NCBI GenBank assembly: GCA_038227875.1
Contig: JBBRPR010000017.1
Span: forward strand, 89,191-153,190
Source of the DNA: Planctomycetota bacterium
GTDB lineage: Bacteria; Planctomycetota; SZUA-567; H5-PLA8
Reading direction: 5' to 3'
Length of the DNA: 64,000 nt
How positions within the stretch are numbered: position 1 is the stretch's first letter; every line of letters begins with the position of its first letter. This document shows positions 60,302 to 64,000 of this stretch, one piece after another. The notes under the pieces were generated by a model. It made no database searches. It was not told the origin of the DNA and worked only from the letters and a program-made list of their open reading frames with translations. The translations under genes and the position numbers were made by a program.

Positions 60302-61723
60302 ATGGACGGGGCGATCGATTCACGGGACGATCACGCTCTATTGCGGGCCGTTGCAATTAAACGTGATCGGGCCGCCTGCGACGAACTGTACAAACGCTAT
60401 CAAGCACGAGCATACAACCTCGCCATTCGCATCCTGCACAATTCAGCGCTCGCGCAGGAAGCCGTTCAGGAGGTCATGCTTTCAATTTGGCGTACCTCTG
60501 AATCGACGCTGCCTACCGGAAATGCCAAAGATTGGATTATGCGTGTGGTCATGAACAAGAGCATCAGTATTGCAAACGCTCGCCGGCAAGCGGGGAAGAG
60601 GGAGGATCGTGTGCGCAGGGATCAGACTCGCCAACCCGAAACTGTCGAATCGGAATTCGAAAACGCGGAGCTCATCTTCTCGTTGCGCGAAAATATCGAT
60701 CAGCTGCCGGAGTTTGAACGGACGGTGATTGCCTACCGGTATTGCGCCGGCGCGTCTCAAGAGGAAATCGCGAAGCTGGTAGGTGTATCGCAACGCACCG
60801 TATCCACGCGTATCCAGCAGGCTCTTACCCGCTTGCGGACGGGATTGCTCAGCCAGGGTTTTGCGGACTCCACGGCCTTGGTTTTCAGTTCTGAACTACT
60901 TTTCGAAGCCATGACCACTGGCCGCCCTTGCCCGGAAGGAATTTGGGATTCGCATTCCACGCGCAAGACCTCGCGCCGTGGCTCTACGCGTTCAGTGCGG
61001 CGCGCCATCAGGGAAGCGAGTCGCTTTTCGCCGGCAATCGTGATTGCTGTATTAGTCGTGGCAGCCGTGACCGCGTGGGTGGCGCTGAATCAACGCGCCA
61101 GCCCAGTGGCCACGCCCATGCCCGCGCCCAAAGCGGTCGAGCCTGCAGCGCCAAGCGCCCAACCGCGCGTCGAACCTTTCTATAAGCGCTGGGACTTTCA
61201 GAAGGGGCCTCCCGAGGACTTGAAACCTCAATATGGAAAATGGAATTGGATCGCAGATGCTTCGGACGGAAAGGGGGCGATGTTTACGGGAACAAGCGTC
61301 ATTAGCCTTCCGGACTCCAATCATGTGCCGATGATGATCACCGTTTCCGGACATGTCAAAAATGGCGGGGAAACGAACCGAATTGGTGCATCGATCTGCT
61401 GGTTCGTGGGCACAAACATAGGAAAACACCATTGGATTGAAGTAAATTGCGGACACGTGGGAGATTCATCAGCCTACGCCCAGAAATCCGTCTGCGTGGG
61501 AAATTATATTATCAACTACATGAACGGAAAATGTGTAGGTGCGAAGCGATTTCAACGCGCCTTTACCGATGGTCATATCGATCTTTCCCTTAATAATCTC
61601 GCCATCTCCAGTATTGAAATGCGCGCGCTGGGTGAACAGGAAATGACGGATGATTTTCGCGACCCGGAAAGAATAATCGCCCTGTTGAGGAAGGACCCCT
61701 CCCTGCTTGAGGGCGGAGATTAG
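60302..61723 (+). CDS. ECF sigma factor with TM helix and extracytoplasmic domain (paralogue of 58308)
   Basis: DDHALL..LAQEAVQEVML..WIMRVV; IDQLP..EEIAKLVGVSQRTVSTRI; start uncertain. Confidence 0.85.
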   Translation: MDGAIDSRDDHALLRAVAIKRDRAACDELYKRYQARAYNLAIRILHNSALAQEAVQEVMLSIWRTSESTLPTGNAKDWIMRVVMNKSISIANARRQAGKREDRVRRDQTRQPETVESEFENAELIFSLRENIDQLPEFERTVIAYRYCAGASQEEIAKLVGVSQRTVSTRIQQALTRLRTGLLSQGFADSTALVFSSELLFEAMTTGRPCPEGIWDSHSTRKTSRRGSTRSVRRAIREASRFSPAIVIAVLVVAAVTAWVALNQRASPVATPMPAPKAVEPAAPSAQPRVEPFYKRWDFQKGPPEDLKPQYGKWNWIADASDGKGAMFTGTSVISLPDSNHVPMMITVSGHVKNGGETNRIGASICWFVGTNIGKHHWIEVNCGHVGDSSAYAQKSVCVGNYIINYMNGKCVGAKRFQRAFTDGHIDLSLNNLAISSIEMRALGEQEMTDDFRDPERIIALLRKDPSLLEGGD

Positions 61724-62119
61724 GAGGCTTTCGGATTTAAATCGATGACTTACGGCTTTAGTATATCGTTGAGTTCAGGTCTCTAGACCATCAGTTTCAG
61801 AATGGTGAATTGGTGACGTGCGACCGCTATTACCATGCACTCACCAGCACATCACACCCATAAAAGTTAATCACAAGTTGTTTATTTTATATGACTTGCG
61901 ACACGTCTAGACATTTCGCAAATTCCTGCTTGTCGCATTCGCAGCGGCGACGAATCCCATTCAGAAGCAATCGCGGTGGTGCGTTGAAGTCTTCCTCAAG
62001 AATCCTTCAGAAATTGCTTCTAAAGCGTAGTTCTGTGCAGCGGAACAATTTGACGACCGCGCCGCATGGCAGTTCGACGCGGCGATCATTGCGCGACGAC
62101 CCATTGCCAAGGAGCCCTC

Positions 62120-62992
62120 ATGCTCACACCTGAAGACGAGATGGTACTGGGAATATCAAATGCCTCGGAGCGCAGCTCCTCGGCAGTCTCTCAAATCCTG
62201 CACAAGATCAGCGTCAATTTGAAATGCGAACCGGTGGATTGGGACGTCTGTAGTGATGACGACGTCCAAGGTCATTACCATATCCGCGTCGCAACCACCC
62301 GCGAGCTGCGAAGGCGCGCATACGCGCTGGCCCACCACGTCTACCATAAGTGCGGGTACACTCACGGCGAAGAAGGCCTGGTCGTTTCAGAATTCGACGC
62401 GCATCCGGAAACGCTGACGCTGCTGGCTCAGGACGAAGCGGGCAACGATGCCGGCACACTGTCGCTGAATTTCGATTCTTCATTGGGTCTGCCGGCGGAT
62501 GTCACCTATGGAGCCGAGCTTGACGCGCTACGTGCCGGCGGACGAAAGCTCGTGGAAGTAACGCGCCTGGCCATCCGCGAAGAGCATAAGCACTCCAAGG
62601 TGCTACTGACCCGACTGATCAATTTCATTTTCATCTACGCGCGACGGGTCAAAGGCTTTAACGACTTCGTGATCGAGGTCACGCCTCGCCATGCCACGTA
62701 CTATCGCCGCCTGCTTCAGTTCGAACAAATTGGCGCGGAGCGGGCGTGTCCGCGCGTTCAAAACACTGTGGGCGTGCTGCTGCGTCTGGACCTGTCGGTC
62801 TACGAAGAGAAAATCCGGCAGTTCAGCTGCGTGCACGACGACGACGGTGATCGCACACTTTATCGCCATTTCTATTCATGGCTTGAAGAGGGCGCCGTGG
62901 CGCAATTTCTTGCCCAAAGCCACAAAGCGATGAGCGCGGACGACATGCTGCATTTCGGTCTGATCGCACCTTTGGCGGGTGCGGCCAACTAA
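62120..62992 (+). CDS. FeeM-like N-acyl amino acid synthase (GNAT fold)
   Basis: GTLSLNFDSSLGLPAD, LVEVTRLAI, FVIEVTPRHATYYRRLLQF, CPRV; AAGGAG RBS before ATG 62120. Confidence 0.8.
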   Translation: MLTPEDEMVLGISNASERSSSAVSQILHKISVNLKCEPVDWDVCSDDDVQGHYHIRVATTRELRRRAYALAHHVYHKCGYTHGEEGLVVSEFDAHPETLTLLAQDEAGNDAGTLSLNFDSSLGLPADVTYGAELDALRAGGRKLVEVTRLAIREEHKHSKVLLTRLINFIFIYARRVKGFNDFVIEVTPRHATYYRRLLQFEQIGAERACPRVQNTVGVLLRLDLSVYEEKIRQFSCVHDDDGDRTLYRHFYSWLEEGAVAQFLAQSHKAMSADDMLHFGLIAPLAGAAN

Positions 62993-63015
62993 ACCTTGGA
63001 GAAAGGATGGAAAAG

Positions 63016-63906
63016 ATGGCCACAGTTTTCGATTACGACCGAGCCTTTGCGCGCAACCTTGGCCTGGTCAGCGAGGCCGAACAAGCTCGCATCCGGAACA
63101 CCTGCGTCGCGCTACCGGGATTGGGCGGGGTGGGCGGCGCGCATCTCCAGGCGTTGGCGCGGCTGGGGATTGGCGCCTTCAGACTCGCGGATCCCGACGC
63201 GTTTGATGTTGTCAATATCAACCGGCAATTGGGCGCCACCATGGCATCGGTTGGTCGCCACAAGGCAACTGTCATGACTGAGACGGCCCTGTGCATCAAC
63301 CCGGAATTGGACATTTAAACATTTCACAACGGCATCACTCCCGAAAACATCGACGCTTTTCTGGACGACGTGGACGTGGTTGTCGACGGGATCGAATTTT
63401 TCTGCATCGACGTGCGCCGCATGCTCTACCGCGCATGCCGCAGCCGCGGCATTCCCATAGTCACCGCCGGTCCCATCGGTTACGGCGCGGCCCTGCTGGT
63501 CTTTCCGTCGGATGGAATTTCGTTTGATGAATATTTTTGCATCAACGACGCCATGACGCGGGCCGAACAACTGCTGGCGTTCGGGTTGGCGCTCGGTCCC
63601 GGGCTGGCCAATGACCTCGATCCGTCGCGCATCGATTTCGAAGGGGAAAAAGGGCCCGCACTGGGTTCCGCCTGCCTGCTCTGCGCCGCCGTCGCAGCAA
63701 CGGAGGTCGTGAAGCTGGTCACTGGGCGAGGTACGCTCGCGGCAGTTCCCAATGGCATCTATTTCGATCCCTTTCGCTGCAGTACGCTCCCCCTTCATTC
63801 CCAATCCAACCTGAGTGAAAACGCGCGTCTGGCAATTCGCGATCAGTGTTTCGAACGCTTTCCGCGGATGTCCCATCCGTTGTTGAAATTGGTTGAACGT
63901 CCGTAG
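63016..63906 (+). pseudogene. ThiF/E1-like adenylyltransferase interrupted by an in-frame TAA at 63316-63318
   Basis: FDYDRAFARNLG, GLGGVGG, ADPDAFDVVNINRQ, INPELDI*TFHNGITPENIDAFLDDVDVVVDGIEFF; both ORF halves share one frame. Confidence 0.8.
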
Positions 63907-64000
63907 CCGAAACCGAAACGTACCTTCCTTTCACGGCCTCGTCAAGGGGCTCGCTTCGTACTGACCGCTTTGTCTACAGGACAGACGCGGTTTACAATCC

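Noticed and set aside
63316..63318. Programmed recoding (Sec/Pyl) in ThiF
   Set aside because: The codon is TAA, not TGA or TAG, and TAA ends many normal genes in this window

Overview
High-GC bacterial chromosomal segment, probably Planctomycetota. This assignment is inferred from the cdsA-phoH-HD/7TM-ybeY-recO-bamD-like-lptE-ftsH gene order, the membrane-anchored ECF sigma factors and the GSDH-cytochrome fusion. Housekeeping genes (cdsA, phoH, ybeY, recO, lptE, ftsH, uppP, mnmE, an RluB-type synthase, rpsT) alternate with accessory genes. The accessory genes include a TPR-Roadblock plus Roadblock pair, a nucleotidyltransferase-HD gene and a macrodomain gene that each carry a copy of the same 39-bp promoter/palindrome, and GT-C glycosylation and polyprenol-kinase genes. 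There is also a 1418-aa GSDH-Ig-dihaem-FN3 secreted protein and an L-rhamnose cluster in which an ASRT-family gene sits where a mutarotase might be expected. A visibly AT-richer right end carries three ECF sigma genes (one frameshifted), a GH16-like gene and a FeeM + ThiF pair (ThiF has an in-frame stop). Intergenic DNA is dense in small palindromic repeats: two 3-copy MITE/REPIN-like families, GTAG-REPs, period-7 tandem repeats and a triplet of perfect palindromes. I found no rRNA, tRNA, CRISPR array or transposase. All family assignments come from motif recognition by eye; no searches were run.
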